Positions 38,690-53,014 of a DNA stretch of 64,000 nucleotides are shown in pieces. Both the position numbers and the translations under genes were made by a program. The DNA lies in the NCBI GenBank assembly GCA_051294375.1, contig CM119264.1, positions 20,061,189 to 20,125,188 on the forward strand. The letters are read 5' to 3'. A model generated the notes under the pieces. That model ran no database searches and was not told where the DNA came from. It saw nothing but the letters and a program-made list of their open reading frames with translations. Source of the stretch: Paraspadella gotoi. Lineage: Eukaryota; Animalia; Chaetognatha. Positions within the stretch are counted from its first letter, which is position 1. Every line of letters starts with the position of its first letter.

Positions 38690-40168
38690 ATTCGTTCGAA
38701 AACACGCCTACTGTGGCTTACAAGTAAAGATAATGTTTGCGTTTTTGTTAGATTTCGTTCTACCAAAATGGAAATCTAATCCCGTCGCAAGAGATCACCC
38801 GATTTGGCGGTGCAATTTCAAAAGGTTGGTTTCGAATGTAACGCACTAAGTGTAGATGCATTTTAGCCTATTCTTGGTTCAGTTATCTTGAGGGAACAAA
38901 CGTGAATATGAGATAGCTTTGATAGAGATCCAAGTTAACGTACGTATCGAACGTGAGCGAGTTTTGTCTGCGAATTTTAGGATATTTAGGCGTAATTTCT
39001 TAGAAGAAAAAGCTAATAGGGAAAAGGTAGGAGTGAGAGCGATGGAATACAACACGGCGTGGATGACGTCGAGGTGAAAAAGAAGAGCTGAATGCAATGG
39101 AAGCCAAGAGACGCAAAAGAGGGAGAGAAGAGAGCGCTTTTACCGCTACCGCCGATGCAGTAAAAGCAGCATTCCGCTGCCGCTTCTGCGGCTGAAACGT
39201 TTTGTGCGGCTGCAGCGGTCTCCGCTGCCGACTAAGGCTCGGATCAACCGAACTATGAGCTGGGTTAATCCGGATAGTAGCGGCGCTTTTTTATACGAAC
39301 AGCACCGGCTTTTTAATGCAAACAAATCCTAACAATCAATGAAGTTAAATCATTGACTTGGTCGAAACCTGATAAGGTTTATGTCAATAGCAGGACAGCG
39401 GGAAATTTTTTTATGTAGCTCATAAACAAAAACTTTGAAAACATCAAATTTCCCGGATAAAGAGATAAAAAGATTTCCCGGATTAAAAGATGGCACGTTT
39501 ATTGGTCAAAATTTGATATTTATTTATACTTGACAAGTATTTAAATGTATAACGAAAATCTTTAAAAAATGTATAAAAAAAAAATAGGAGACGTGATGCA
39601 ACCACCACCGTCGCTACTGCTGCCGCGGAATCAACAACGCAGAAGCGTTGCTGGTGCTGAGTGCGAGTAAAAATTAAAGAAGGGAATGTGGTGAAAAGCA
39701 TTACCATACTAGGGCGACGAGAAAAGCTCGCGTACAACACGCAACAAGAATGTTAATATATCCAATGCAATTAACTAGTAAGAGATTACATCAATCAATT
39801 CTTGTCTCAGAATCATAGGACACATTTTTAAAATTAGAATCATGGCATGTAGCGATTTTGTAGGTTGCTAAAGTTGAAGGTTTAAAAATTACAAAATCGA
39901 TTCGATATTTTTTCTCTAAACCCCAAGCTGTATCGCTCTATGACAAAATGCAATCATACAATCCAATTCATAGCTGAAAACTGGAGCTTTATGAATTTTG
40001 ACGAATGTAAATGAATTTACTGGGTCTAGGCCCGACGTGGAAGTAGTTATAGATAGATTACGATGGAGATAAACTTGATAAGCTATCAAGGGGCAGAGTG
40101 GTTAATTGTGGGGGATATATAGATGGTTGAAAAGGATATTTGGATGGTTATGGGTTGAAAGAGAGAGT

Positions 40169-40259
<91 letters not shown>

Positions 40260-42248
40260 CGCTGACGAACGAATTCTCGGTCATACGTGAGAGTAATTTG
40301 TTTTCCAAATAATAAAACATAATGGAGTAAATTGAAAAGTGATGACATTCATTAAAAACCGAGAATAAATATAGATTTTTTTTAAATTCAGTTTTGTTGT
40401 CGTTTTTAAGAAACATACATACTTGTATAAATCTTAAAAAAATATTTTTAGAGTAAAATTAACAGATTTAAATTTTTTTCTAATAAACCATAATATAAAT
40501 AGTAATTTTTATTTATTTTCGATGGTTTTTACTGAACAGAGTAACAGCTTAGACGGTCCACAATATGGAATTGATATTCAACAACTTTGGCTTTTCAAGA
40601 TAACTCTGAAAGAGTGAAAGAGCATACGTCCTTCATTTTGTTAAAACAAACTGACGCTGACACAAACGTTTCATTGTTGACGGAAAAGCTATTCTTCTTT
40701 TTTATCTGTTGCCATCGTTGATTCATCACTTGTTTGTGTTTCGTTTTTCGACCGGAAATAAAGTGATGGCTCGCTGAATCGTTCCCAGACAAATTTTCGC
40801 CCCCCTAACTCCAACATATTTGTTAGCCATCATCATCTGGTTATGTAATGGCAAATAATGCGTTTGTTGAGGGGATGCTTCTCATATTGCTAACCTTATT
40901 ACTTTTTGATTTATTTTCTTTTGCTTATTCTTACTTTTAATTTCGTTCCTGAAGTTGGTAGCCCGTTCTCTACTATTTCGATTTCATTCCTACTGATTTT
41001 TTTGTATTTCTCTACTTGGAGGAATCAACACATTTTAAAGTTCCACCCTTTATCCATATCTTTTTTATTTCTTTTTTTTTTTTTTTTTTGAGCCGTCTTC
41101 TCTCTCGATGACATCAGATTACTTAAGTTTTGCGTGTTCCAATACAGATTCTTAGTCTCATCCTCTACGATCAGTATCTTTCTCTAATTAAAAAACGAGT
41201 TTTTATCAATTAGATAAGTTTTTTAAGCAGTCAATTTTACTAAAATTGTTCAATGTTCATAGAAAAAGAATGTTCAGTATTCCGAATTTTCAATCAATAA
41301 ATAGATTCTTTTCAATTATACTAACAGGTGTTATGTTATACTAACTTTATTATCACTTAGAAAACATATATAAAAGAAATGGAAAGATCATTCACTCCGA
41401 GAAGCTTAGTCATTTACAGTCTAACTGTCATGATCAGGGGGCAAAAAATATTAAACCAAAATAACCTCTAATTTTTTCCTCATCTTTTTTTTTACCACAT
41501 TTTTTCCCTCTTTTTTTCGTATGGAATAATAAGATTTATAAAAAGTAAAAAAAAGTAGAAAAAATGATTGGTAACCTACAATAATAATTATGTCCTCGTC
41601 CATTTGAGAATCTGTCAGCCCTCTGACACTCCCCTACACTTCGATCGCCTCCCTATTCCTATTCCCCATCGCGTCATGTTTGATGTTTTTCGTGCATCGC
41701 AAAGCAAAGGCTGCGGCGCTGCAGCGCTTTAGGAAGTGTCGGCGGCGTTCTCTCACATTGACGAGAGAGAGAGAGCCAGAGAGAGAGAGAGATCAAGCGG
41801 AGTGACTCATAGACCGGCCGCTTCCGCCACTTCATTCGCTGCGTCCACAGCAGCAGCCGCATCGGGGGCTCCCGCAGCGAGACCAAGCGCTGAGAATTCT
41901 CGATAGCGCCGCTGCTTTCTGCCTTCGAGAAGCGTCCGCGCGCCACATCCGCTTCCGGACCGGAGGGGAAAAAAAGAGGGAGAGCACGGCGTCGACTGTA
42001 ATTTCGCCCACTGTCGACGGCGTCGAAGATGGCGTGGAAGTAAAAGAGGCTCAAACTATGAAGAGCGATGGCGACTCAGGCATGCGGAAAGGAAGGCTCA
42101 ACGGATAGGATAGGATAGGAGGGATTAAAAAGGGCGAGAGATGGGGGAGAGAGTGAAAGAAAGCCAAAGAAGAGAGAGTGAAAGAAAGTCAAAGAAAAGA
42201 GAAAGAAAGAAAGAGACAGAGATCACCTTCTAATTTATAACCATTTTT

Positions 42249-43020
42249 AACAAGTTTGAGCAAACAATGTCGGATCTGCCCACGATCATTAGCGGTAATT
42301 AATTATTTAATACAAACTATATAAACTAAAAAAATAATTTAATTAATAACCACGACAAAAGCAACGACGACGATGATGGCGACTATGACAATAATGCTGA
42401 TAACGATTGACTTGATTGATTGTTTGATTGATTGATTGATTCAATAATTAATTAAGTTATAAATAAATTGATTGATAGAATAATTAATTAATAGATAACT
42501 AAATAAACTGATTGATTAATTGTTAATTATTCATTAATTAATTGAATAATTGATTAATTAACTGATTAATTATTTAATTAATTAATACATCTTGCATTTA
42601 CATTTAATATAAAAAGAAAAAGAAGCATAATCAATTAGTAAAACAGGTTTTATGTTTTTTTCCATTTAAACTTATTTCCAAACAAACGATTCCATCGAAT
42701 CTTGATTTCCAGCTTAATCACACACTTTCCTACCCACAAACAAAATTTCAAGTTAATCGCCCCGTCCAATCATGAGTAATTGACGTTCAAATAGTTAAAT
42801 AGATTTTTTTGTTTTTTCCATTTAAACTCATTTTCACTCGCACGATTCCATCGAAGCTTCATATCCAATAACGAGCAATTGGTGTTTTTTGCTTAGGTGG
42901 GATGGACGGACGGACGGACATCGTTTTTTTTTGCATAATTTATCATAATTCGATGTTCTGACATGATATAAATGAATGCCCGACAAGATTGAGGGGGACG
43001 GACCGACAAAGTGAATTATA
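42249..43020 (-). mobile_element. HINE-like element
   Basis: Family 3' end at 42249; body extends to the 5' hairpin remnant near 43030. Confidence 0.65.
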
Positions 43021-45045
43021 GAGTCAGGATCTGCTGATAAGATAAAAAAGTTAGCGTGGCGTAGTGTATGCAGCCATAAAAAAAAATCGGTGATTGAAAC
43101 AACACAACATGAAACAACATGGTTTTCTTCATATATGAAAAAAAAATTAATGCAAAATAATATTCGGTAGTTACGATATGACTAAATATAGGATAATTAA
43201 AAAAAAAATAAATAAAATTATTTTTTTTTTATAATAATCTAATTATATAAATCATTTCATCCATTTATCTGTCCACCCCTCATATCTTGTTGGTAAATTT
43301 CTTGGTTCATCTTAGAATACCGAATTATAAAAAATTATCCGAAAAATTTGAATCTTTTTATCTTTCCATACATCTATTTGTTTGTCCATCTATCTTTAAC
43401 TTTAAACTGTTATTACACTTTAGTCTATTGATGGATTGATCTGAAGTTTTGTGTGTGGCCAGAAAAGAGATTGATTGAGCTTAATCTTAAGTTTGGACAA
43501 AATCATTCTGGTAAAAATTTATTTAAATAAAAAAAAATAATTTCAACTATTTATTTTTTCATTTTAAAAAATAAAAATATATAACAACAATAATAATTAT
43601 AGACATAACAACAACAACTTCTATTTCTCACTCTCTATCCCTCTATATTTTTTTATCTTTCTCTCTCTCAATCAATTTCTCTTTTTCCTTTTTAATCTCT
43701 CATTCTTTACTTACATTTTCTCCGAGGTCCTTACTTATTATACTTTTATTATTCCAATTCATCTCCTCTATCTTCATACATTCATTTGAGCTTTATTTCA
43801 TTTATAAAAGTATAAACATTAATTTAAATAAAAAATATTAAATCTTTTTTTTAAAAATCAGGAAAAAAATGAACTGACCTATGCTCATTGAGAATTTTAT
43901 TTCTCCTCTAAAATAAAATATATCAAAAATAGAAAAAAATCAGATTGTAGCAAAATCAAATAGCTACAAGCTGATTTTTTTGAAAATTCAAAATTCTGCT
44001 CAAAATATTTTTTTCCAAAATGTTTTTTTCATATTTTTTAAAGAAATAAAAATGTATATAGTACAAAAGTTATAGTCCGAACTGTTTCAAAATATACACA
44101 CATGATTGCAATAACAATACCTAACTCAAAATGTCTTCCTTATTTTTTGCCTCAACACAGGAGGAATACAGTAAAAAAAGAAAGTCAAATCTAGAAAAAG
44201 TGGAAAAAAATTTGTCATTTTAGTTTTCAAATTGATTGATCTAAAACTTTTAGTTGCTAAATTCAAAATTATAAAATAATAAGATCTTTGTCTCAGCTAT
44301 CATTTGGTGTATAATTATAATCATTTTTAATATTTTTTGGCTATATGGTTTAACTGACAAATCAAGGAGTACAAAATTTTGTCAGAGATTTTTGCCACCA
44401 CGAGTCTGCTTATTGCCTTTTTACTATTTTTCCTTTTTTGTAGATAAGCGAGGGTTATGGTAAAAGTAAAGGACGTCTGGTAGAACAAACGCGTGTGGTA
44501 TTATTAATGTAAAGCTTTAAGTTTGGCTCACAGATTCAAAAATATAACTTGCATCGTGTCATAAGCAGATCCGACTAAAAACAAATTAAGGAAAAAAGGG
44601 AAAGAGAGAAAGAGATGAAATAAAAAGGAAAGAAAGAAAGAACGAAAAAAAAGAAAGAAAGAAAGAAAAAAAGAAAGGTAAAAGACACGCTAAGTGGCTC
44701 TAAGGGGAATCAGAAACACAATCAGCCTGCACACAACTGAAATGACCCATGCTGCTACACAGATGAATTCAGGGATAGTAGATGCTTTTATTAAACCACT
44801 TAAAGCATGACATAATTTAATCTGTACATCTACAAATCCGGAGTGCAAAAGAAGTTTATCAGCTGACTCTAGAAGACGCTTTCCAGTCTAACTGTCGGTC
44901 GGTCGTTCGGTAAAAAGAAAATAAAAGGAAAAAGGATTGACGTCTAAATTATGTATTTTTGAAGGAATAAGGAAGAACAGGAAGAGAGGGTGTATTCGGG
45001 CATTGCAATATGTTCACCCCGCCTATAATCATGACGCATTCAGTT

Positions 45046-45250
45046 GTGACCCGGTGGCTCATTGAGTATTGCCATCACATGAGCAATGAGTAATACAATG
45101 AGTAATACCATCAGCTCATAACCTTTAGGTAGTGGGATCGATCCACTGCGGGAAGCATGAGGACGACAGTAAACCGCCATGAGGGCCTGGAAAACCCTCA
45201 AGCCGGGTTCCAAGCCCAGGATCCGTTCCGTTGCTGCTGAGGGAGCCAGA
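45046..45250 (+). mobile_element. tRNA(Met)-like SINE repeat
   Basis: TGGCTCATTGAG A-box, GCTCATAACC anticodon-like arm, GGATCGATCC B-box-like, then a conserved body. Confidence 0.55.
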
Positions 45251-46643
45251 AGATACTTAGCGCAATTGCGAAGAGGATTTGTAAAAATTAAATCATTGAA
45301 AAAAAAATCTTAAAAGCATAAGGATCGTCGCAATTGCATAGAAAATCTGGATTGACAACAAATTTTGATACTAAAAAAATCAATTTGAGAAAAATAAAGA
45401 AAAAAAAATAGAAAGAATAATAAATATAAAACAGTAAAATATCTTATTTTCGAGTTTAATTTTTTGCAAGTGCTAAGTCTGGAGAGACCTTATTGAAGGT
45501 ACTGTGGCGGTATATTCACACCGCCTCACGTCCACCATCCGTCAGCCAAATCCATTGGCTCAGAGGGGGAACACACCATCCCAGGCGTAGTGTTCCATCC
45601 ACAAGTCCTAACGACTTCCCTCTGCGTTGGCAAAGCGAGACCGTCCTAGGGTAACCGCGCCAGTGACTGGAGGCGTCACTGAGGGTCGGAAGCCCCCAAA
45701 GCCAACAGTGAGATGCCCCATCCCAATGGGCATCACAGGCAACCCGGCTGTTGCCATAGTACTTTTGTTTTACTTTTAGCCCGCATAAGCGAGCAGTTTG
45801 ATCGAATGCCAACTGTCAAACATTCCCAGACAAAAGACAAAGTGAAACTTGAATCAGACTGATAAAGTAAAGTAAAGACTAAAGTGAAGTAAAATGAAGT
45901 GAAGTAAAATAATAAAGTAAATATATATTTTAAAAAATATTATTCTGATTGATATTTAGAATATTTAAAAAAAAATCCACGAAAGTCTCGGATGTAAATT
46001 TGGGAATAAATGGCGATAATAAAAGTTTTTAGAGGAAAAAAATTAATCAGAGAGAGAGAGAGAGAGAAAGAAGTCAAATCAAATCAGCAGCGGCAGCAGA
46101 AGCAGCAGGAAAAAAGAGAGAAAAAGAAAGAGCCCCTGCAGAGCCAGCTGCAGACTCAAAAGGCAGTAGCACAAAGCAGGAGAAAAGAGAGAAAAAGAAT
46201 AAGCCCCTGCAGAACCAGCTGCGGACTCGTTTTTTTCCCTATGATTATGAATCAGTGACTAGGGAGAAGAGAGAGGGAGAGAGACATGTAATTAAGATTT
46301 TGATAAAACGTAAACAAAACATGTTTAATAACTGTTCAGATTCAATTTTAAGCACATCGATGATGAGAAGTTGTATATAAATTTTCAGCTTCATACACCC
46401 AAATTTAATTATAAAAAAGGCGATCTATAATTTGGAACGCCGACGACAACAACGACGACGACGACGCCACTTATGGGCAAAAGCGTTACAATATCGTCGC
46501 AAACGCTAAGCGATTGCGACGATAAAAAACTGCCACAAAGTAAAAAAATTTAAACGTGAAAATTGTGGAAATTCTTTCTGTTCGTTGTAATAGTAAATTT
46601 CTTAAGAAAAGTTTTAATGCAGAAACAACGATTTTTAATACAA

Positions 46644-46681
46644 GACGTACATGTTTCGACTCATTGGTTCTTCTTCAGTGT
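46644..46681 (-). ncRNA. Degenerate minimal hammerhead motif
   Basis: Minus strand reads CUGAAGA AGAACC aau GAGUC GAAAC AU GUA; helix II and helix I are damaged. Confidence 0.5.
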
Positions 46682-46860
46682 TTAGATTTTTAGCTAAATT
46701 TCTATTAGTATTACAAACATTCAGTTGGTGAGAGAGAGAGAGGGAAAAGAGGGGGAGTTTCCAACAAAGAATTGAGAAAGGACAGTGGTCAGATTTGAAA
46801 GACAGCTGAAGGTGACAACAGGGGAAGAAGAAAAATAGGCTGAATTTGTGGTGAAAGGTG

Positions 46861-46910
<50 letters not shown>

Positions 46911-48539
46911 AATCAATACATTTGACAATGTACAGCAAAGATAAAAGTAATAATTTAGTAAACTTAAAATTTAGCTAATAAAAGTGAGATTAATAATTTA
47001 ACTAATAATTTAACTAACTAATAATTTAACTAATACGTGAAATTGAAGAATAAGTAAGATTAGAGTAAGTGAAATTACTCACGTGGTCACTTATTATCGG
47101 CTATTGATCTACATACAACGGTTTTCAGGTAAGACCCAAATTTATTCACAAAAGAAACGTTTTAAAGTATTCGACATATTTTGAAAAAGTGGTACCGATA
47201 ATTTTATTTTAAAACACATTTTTGGGATCAACTAAAAAATTTGTTTCAGCCCTAATATATATCTGGGCTTCGATCTTTTCGGGAATGTAAAAATAGATTT
47301 GAGGCTGTAAAAATTAAAATAATCTTTTCAAAATTGGTATGATTATAAAAGAATGTATCAAGAACATATTTCCATTATTGTAAGCTTTATTGATGTTGAC
47401 CAATGACCAATCTCAATAAGTGGCTACCGAAGGACGCATAGACTTTTGCAACTGCGCCCAGCTGAACTGACCTGACTGCTGCTTCATCACTGGGTTTACT
47501 GAGGTTTGTTTGTATCTTTGCAGCATTTACAAATCTAGATAGGTAGCAATATTTAGTAGTTTTTTAATCTTTTTGGTACTATAAAACGTACCAATTAAAC
47601 AACTAAATTTTAATGAAGAGGTCAATCTGGGTATCATTAACTGCATTTATATAAAGTAAGTCCCAAAATAACATACCATTTCGTAGTTTAAAAAAATGAT
47701 AATCGGGGAAACAACTACTAAAGCTTGCATTTTGGGTTAATAAGCAGTCCCTGAGATTCAGATCAGGCAGTAACACCAGGTTAAGTGCCCCGTCTCTCTT
47801 AACTGCTAGGCGACCATCGGGCTAAAACCCCGAACCTTTGGATTAGGAGGCGAATGACTTGCCTCCTGCACCAATGGCCGCTGATGAACGGTTGGTGGAT
47901 TTGTCCACCATACCCTATTTATATTTTAAAGCATTTTGGGTATCGACTGAAAGCTAAGATCATGTGGTTTATAAAAATGTTTTCGGTTTTAATCTACATG
48001 TTACCGTTCCCAAGTAATAAAGTCCCAAATTTACTCTCAAAATAGCGTGAAGACCCTGTACATTTAAGGTTTTATAAAATATCAAAATAATGAAAAAAGA
48101 ATTCTACTTTGTATTGTGGATAAGGGGCTAAGTGAGCTGAAGAGTGCTATCTGCAACTTCTTTAACCCCCTCTAGCAGCCATGGAACGGGTCCTGGGCTT
48201 GGAACCATTTGGAAAAGTTCCCAAATTAAACTTCTGACCCACCACATTGACATTTATTTTGCTTCACTAGAAAGGTGCCTTTTGTTTCAGATGATATCTA
48301 GTGATAGTAGGGACCAACTCCAGAGATAATATAAAATTTAAACAATTTTTTTAGTTGTCTTGAATAAATATTTAAGCAATCATTTCAAAAAAAAATTACA
48401 TTATACGTCTTGATTAATACATTAAATATTATTTACTTTTTTTACATTATAAAATTTTTTTTTAGAAATCTTAAAATTTTATGATGGATTCTGAATAGAG
48501 ATAAAAAGTTAAACAAGAAATATAATTAAACCTTTGTAT

Positions 48540-48849
48540 TCAATCTTTCTTTTTGTTGTTTGTTTAAAGAAATTTAACTGAAAATTCGTTTTTGAACAAC
48601 AATTTATTAAGTTTATAAGAACATGTTCGACTCTATGTTTCGAGTCTTCATCAGCAAGTGAAAATATCAGAGTCACATATTCTCAAACATCAGTTTTGAG
48701 AAGAGAGAGAGAGAGAAGAGAGAGAAAGAGAGAGAGTTTCCAACAAAGAATTGAGTAAGGATACTGGATAGTGGTCAGATGTGAGGAAGAAGAGAAGAAG
48801 GAAGAAAAGAGTAAGTGAATTTGAAAATTGGAAAATTTGGGTGAAAGAG

Positions 48850-48885
<36 letters not shown>

Positions 48886-49416
48886 TCAATCATTAGGCAA
48901 TTAAAACAATGATAAAATTAGAGAATAAACTAAATGTATAACAATAAATTAAAAGTTAGTTATTAACTGAGTTTGAAATTTGAAATAAGGAAAGTGAAAA
49001 AAGAAGAATAAGCAGTGAGGGATAGATAAGTTAAAAGTAAGTGAAAATGGTAAGGAAAGAAAGAGCTCAAAAATGAGCCACCAAGGGGCTGTAACCGCTG
49101 TAACCGCTGACGCAGGTTCGACCTCCACACCCCCAGGAGGAAAAGCCGAGCCTTGCTGCTGAAGACCTACCGCACCCACCACAGCCGCAATTGGAGATAA
49201 GCAGAAGCGTCTCTAGAACGTGGGTCACTTGTCCCTCCACTACCACCAGGAGTCACTGAATCATTGGTACGGGTGCTTAGCCAAGCCAGTTCTCCAGTTC
49301 CAGTGACGAACCCGCGGTTCTTTAACGTGAGTAATGTGGGTGAAACGAAAGACAAAATCCAGACCGAAAACATCAGGAGCCGTCTACTGGGCGGCCTGTG
49401 CAGGGGCGGGCAACCA
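48540..49416 (+). mobile_element. Penelope-like relic with inverted hammerhead pseudo-LTR (second copy 50390-51264)
   Basis: Frameshifted GVTESLVRVLSQA...KDKIPRPKTSGAVYWAACAG, homologous to the 11860 relic; minus-strand hammerhead and GA tract upstream. Confidence 0.7.
48619..48657 (-). ncRNA. Degenerate minimal hammerhead motif (duplicated at 50471-50509)
   Basis: Minus strand reads CUGAUGA A GACUC gaaacaua GAGUC GAAC AUGUUC; one A of GAAA is missing. Confidence 0.5.
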
Positions 49417-50701
49417 AAAAATATTTTGACCTTTCCTATCTAGAAATAAAATATTAAAAAAATTAATTATTTGAGTATAGAGCCATATAAGAAATGTTTT
49501 TGTCCATTGAAAGTATAGTTGTTTGAGCATGTAATCACTGACTCACCTATTGAGTGGCTATTCCTACTGATAGACTCCTGAGGAAGTACTTATTAGACAA
49601 AAGAAAAGTTTCTGAAGTACTTTCCCGATTGCACTGCGAGCGTTGAATTTTTATATTTTAATTATCGCAATGCAAACAAAGTGAAAAATAACTCCCGTAA
49701 GGGCCTAAACTTTACCTCGTTTTTTTACCTCAATTCATTTTACCCTTGAAATTTTTCTTTTTATATTTTGTTTTTGTTTTTTTTTTATTTTAATAAAACT
49801 TTGACAATTCCTCGAATCTCCCTCGAAAAAATTGCGTGTACGAGCAAACTGTAGCCGCTGCTCGAAAGGCCGGTTGGCGTCCCAAGTGTGTCATCATACT
49901 GGATTGCAGTGCATCAGAAAGTAAAAGTTGACGTCATTACTACATTGATACGGGCGTATGCAGCGGACCCTTCAAGGGATATCCACCAATACACTGCCCC
50001 ACTTAACGTTTAAGACCACCAAAGCGGCAGGGCTTTCCATCAAAGCCAACCTTCGTCGGCTCCTCCGTCCCCATCACGTCTCCGCCGTCGGCGGAGTCAG
50101 TTTCTCCACGTCTCTTCCTGGCTGGGGTGACGGCTCAAACACATCAGCGAAAGTAGACCGAGTGTCGAGTTCAGCAGGAGATTGAGACGAGGGTTAACGT
50201 AAACTTCATCGGAAGCAGAGCCCAGTCGTTCCCGCTTCTCAACTTCGTCCTCCGACGAGATAGACTGCGTCTTGTGCGAGTAATCGAGAAAGCCAGAAGT
50301 CAAGCCGAAAAGTTCANNNNNNNNNNNNNNNNNNNNNNNNNCTGATAGAGCATAAAAAGTTAAACAAGAAATATAATTAAACCTTTGTATTCAATCTTTC
50401 TTTTTGTTGTTTGTTTAAAGGAAATTTAACGAAAAATTCGTTTTTGAACAACAATTTATTAAGGTTTATAGAACATGTTCGACTCTATGTTTCGAGTCTT
50501 CATCAGCAAGTGAAAATATCAGAGTCACATATTCTCAAACATCAGTTTTGAGAAGAGAGAGAGAGAGAAGAGAGAGAAAGAGAGAGAGTTTCCAACAAAG
50601 AATTGAGTAAGGATACTGGATAGTGGTCAGATGTGAGGAAGAAGAGAAGAAGGAAGAAAAGAGTAAGTGAATTTGAAAATTGGAAAATTTGGGTGAAAGA
50701 G

Positions 50702-50737
<36 letters not shown>

Positions 50738-51672
50738 TCAATACATTAGGCAATATAAAACAATGATAAAATTAGAGAATAACTAAATGTATAACAATAA
50801 ATTAAAAGTTAGTTATTAACTGAGTTTGAAATTTGAAATAAGGAAGTGAAAAAAGAAGAATAAGCAGTGAGGGATAGATAAGTTAAAAGTAAGTGAAAAT
50901 GGTAAGGAAAGAAAGAGCTCAAAAATGAGCCACCAAGGGGCTGTAACCGCTGTAACCGCTGACGCAGGTTCGACCTCCACACCCCCAGGAGGAAAAGCCG
51001 AGGCCTTGCTGCTGAAGACCTACCGCACCCACCACAGCGCAATTGAGAGATAAGCAGAAGCGTCTCTAGAACGTGGGTCACTTGTCCCTCCACTACCACC
51101 AGAGTCACTGAATCATTGGTACGGGTGCTAGCCAAAGCAGTTCTCCAGTTCCAGTGACGACCCGCGGTTCTTTACGTGAGTAATTGGGTGAAACGAAAGA
51201 CAAAATCCCCAGACCGAAAACTCAGGAGCCGTCTACTGGGCGGCCTGTGCAGGGGCGGGCAACCAAAAAATATTTTGACCTTTCCTATCTAGAAATAAAT
51301 ATTAAAAAATTAATTATTTGAGTATAGAGCCATATAAGAAATGTTTTGTCCATTGAAAGTATAGTTGTTTGAGCATGTAATCACTGACTCACCTCATTGA
51401 GTGGGCTATTCCTACTGATAGACTCCTGAGAAGTACTTATTAGACAAAAGAAAAGTTTCTGAAGTACTTTCCCGATTGCACTGCGTTGAATTTTATATTT
51501 TAATTATCGCAATGCAAACAAAGTGAAAAATAACTCCGTAAGGCCTAACTTTACCTCGTTTTTTTACCTCAATTCATTTTACCCTTGAAATTTTTTTTCT
51601 TTTTTATATTTTGTTTTTGTTTTTTTTTATTTTTTATAAAACTTTGACAATTCCTCGAATCTCCCTCGAAAA

Positions 51673-52555
51673 ATGCTGACGAGCAAACTGTTTAGCCGCT
51701 CTCGAAAGGCGTTGGCGTCCCAAGTGTGTCATCATCTGGATTGCAGTGCCATCAGAAGTAAAGTTGACGCTGAGGGGATGCGCGGACCCTTCAAGGGATA
51801 TCACCATTACCACCGCCACCACTTTCAACGTTTAAACCACCACAAGCGGCAGGGCTTTCCTCAAAGCCACCTTCGTCGGCTCCTCCGTCCCCCATCACGT
51901 CTCCGCCGTCGGCGAGTCAGTTTCTCCACCGTCTCTTCTGGCTGGGGTGACGGCTCAACATCATCAGCGAAAGTAGACCGAGGTGTCGACGTTCAGCAGG
52001 AGATTGAGACGAGGGTTAACGTAAACTTCAATCGGAAGCAGACCCAGTCGTCCGCTTCTTCAACTTCGTCCTCCGACGAGATAGACTGCGTCTTGTGCGA
52101 GATCGAGAAAGCCAGAAGTCAAGCCGAAAAGTCAGGCGTGATATTGCCGACTTCTACGCCGCTGAAAGGCGTGGCGGCTTCCGTTTCAGTGACACCGAGC
52201 TTAAAGGCTGCGACTATTCCAATGCCAAAGGCGACGGTGCCAAATGCGACTGGACGGCCGATGTCGCAGACGAATACATCAGATCCCACACGTTTGCAGA
52301 GAGAAATTGAAGCTGAAGTAAGGGTATAAAGGGTAGTAATAATCGTTGTCCCCGTTTAGTAGTTGCCAGTTCATTAGTCGGACACCAAAAAAAGTTCATT
52401 CTTTACTGAATGATATTTTTACATTTTGTTTTGGTTTTAAATGATACCGTGGCGATCTAATTGTTTTATTACTATAACTTTTTGTTTATTATTAGTGATT
52501 ACTGATTATTATCGAGCCGGTTTCTCTAAAAAAACGAACAATCTTTTTCTCTCTA

Positions 52556-52610
<55 letters not shown>

Positions 52611-52964
52611 TTTTTTTTCCTTCTAAAAACTTTATATCGCCATTTATTCCGAGATTTTCGTGGATTTTTTCCTTCTAAAAACTTTTATTATCGCCATTTA
52701 TTATTTATCTCAATACAAAATCCAAAATACAATAACTTACTTAACCTGATTTCGGGTCGTTGCGGAGCAACAAGTAAACAATGTCGAGGAACTGACCTAA
52801 TAACGCGTTACGTGTATAAAAAAAAATCAACATAGACCCAATTTCACGACGCCGTTGCGAGGCAACGGATAACCGAACGAGATAAACGTGGGAAAACTCT
52901 CTCTCTCTCTCTCTTTCTCACTCTCCCTCCTCCTTTCTCTCTCTCTCTTCTCTCTCTCTTCTCG

Positions 52965-53014
<50 letters not shown>

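Larger units (their letters stand above)
48495..52130. repeat. ~1.8-kb direct duplication straddling a 25-N gap (probable assembly overlap)
   Basis: 48495-50316 vs 50342-52130 differ mostly by single-base indels. Confidence 0.8.

Noticed and set aside
36382-38849. Overlapping ORFs on other frames or the opposite strand
   Set aside because: Shadow ORFs of the GC-rich 799-aa coding sequence
48495-52130. Apparent tandem gene duplication or pseudogene of the 51673 exon
   Set aside because: The copies flank a 25-N gap and differ mainly by single-base indels; this is most likely an uncollapsed, low-quality contig overlap, so the frameshifts are not evidence of pseudogenisation
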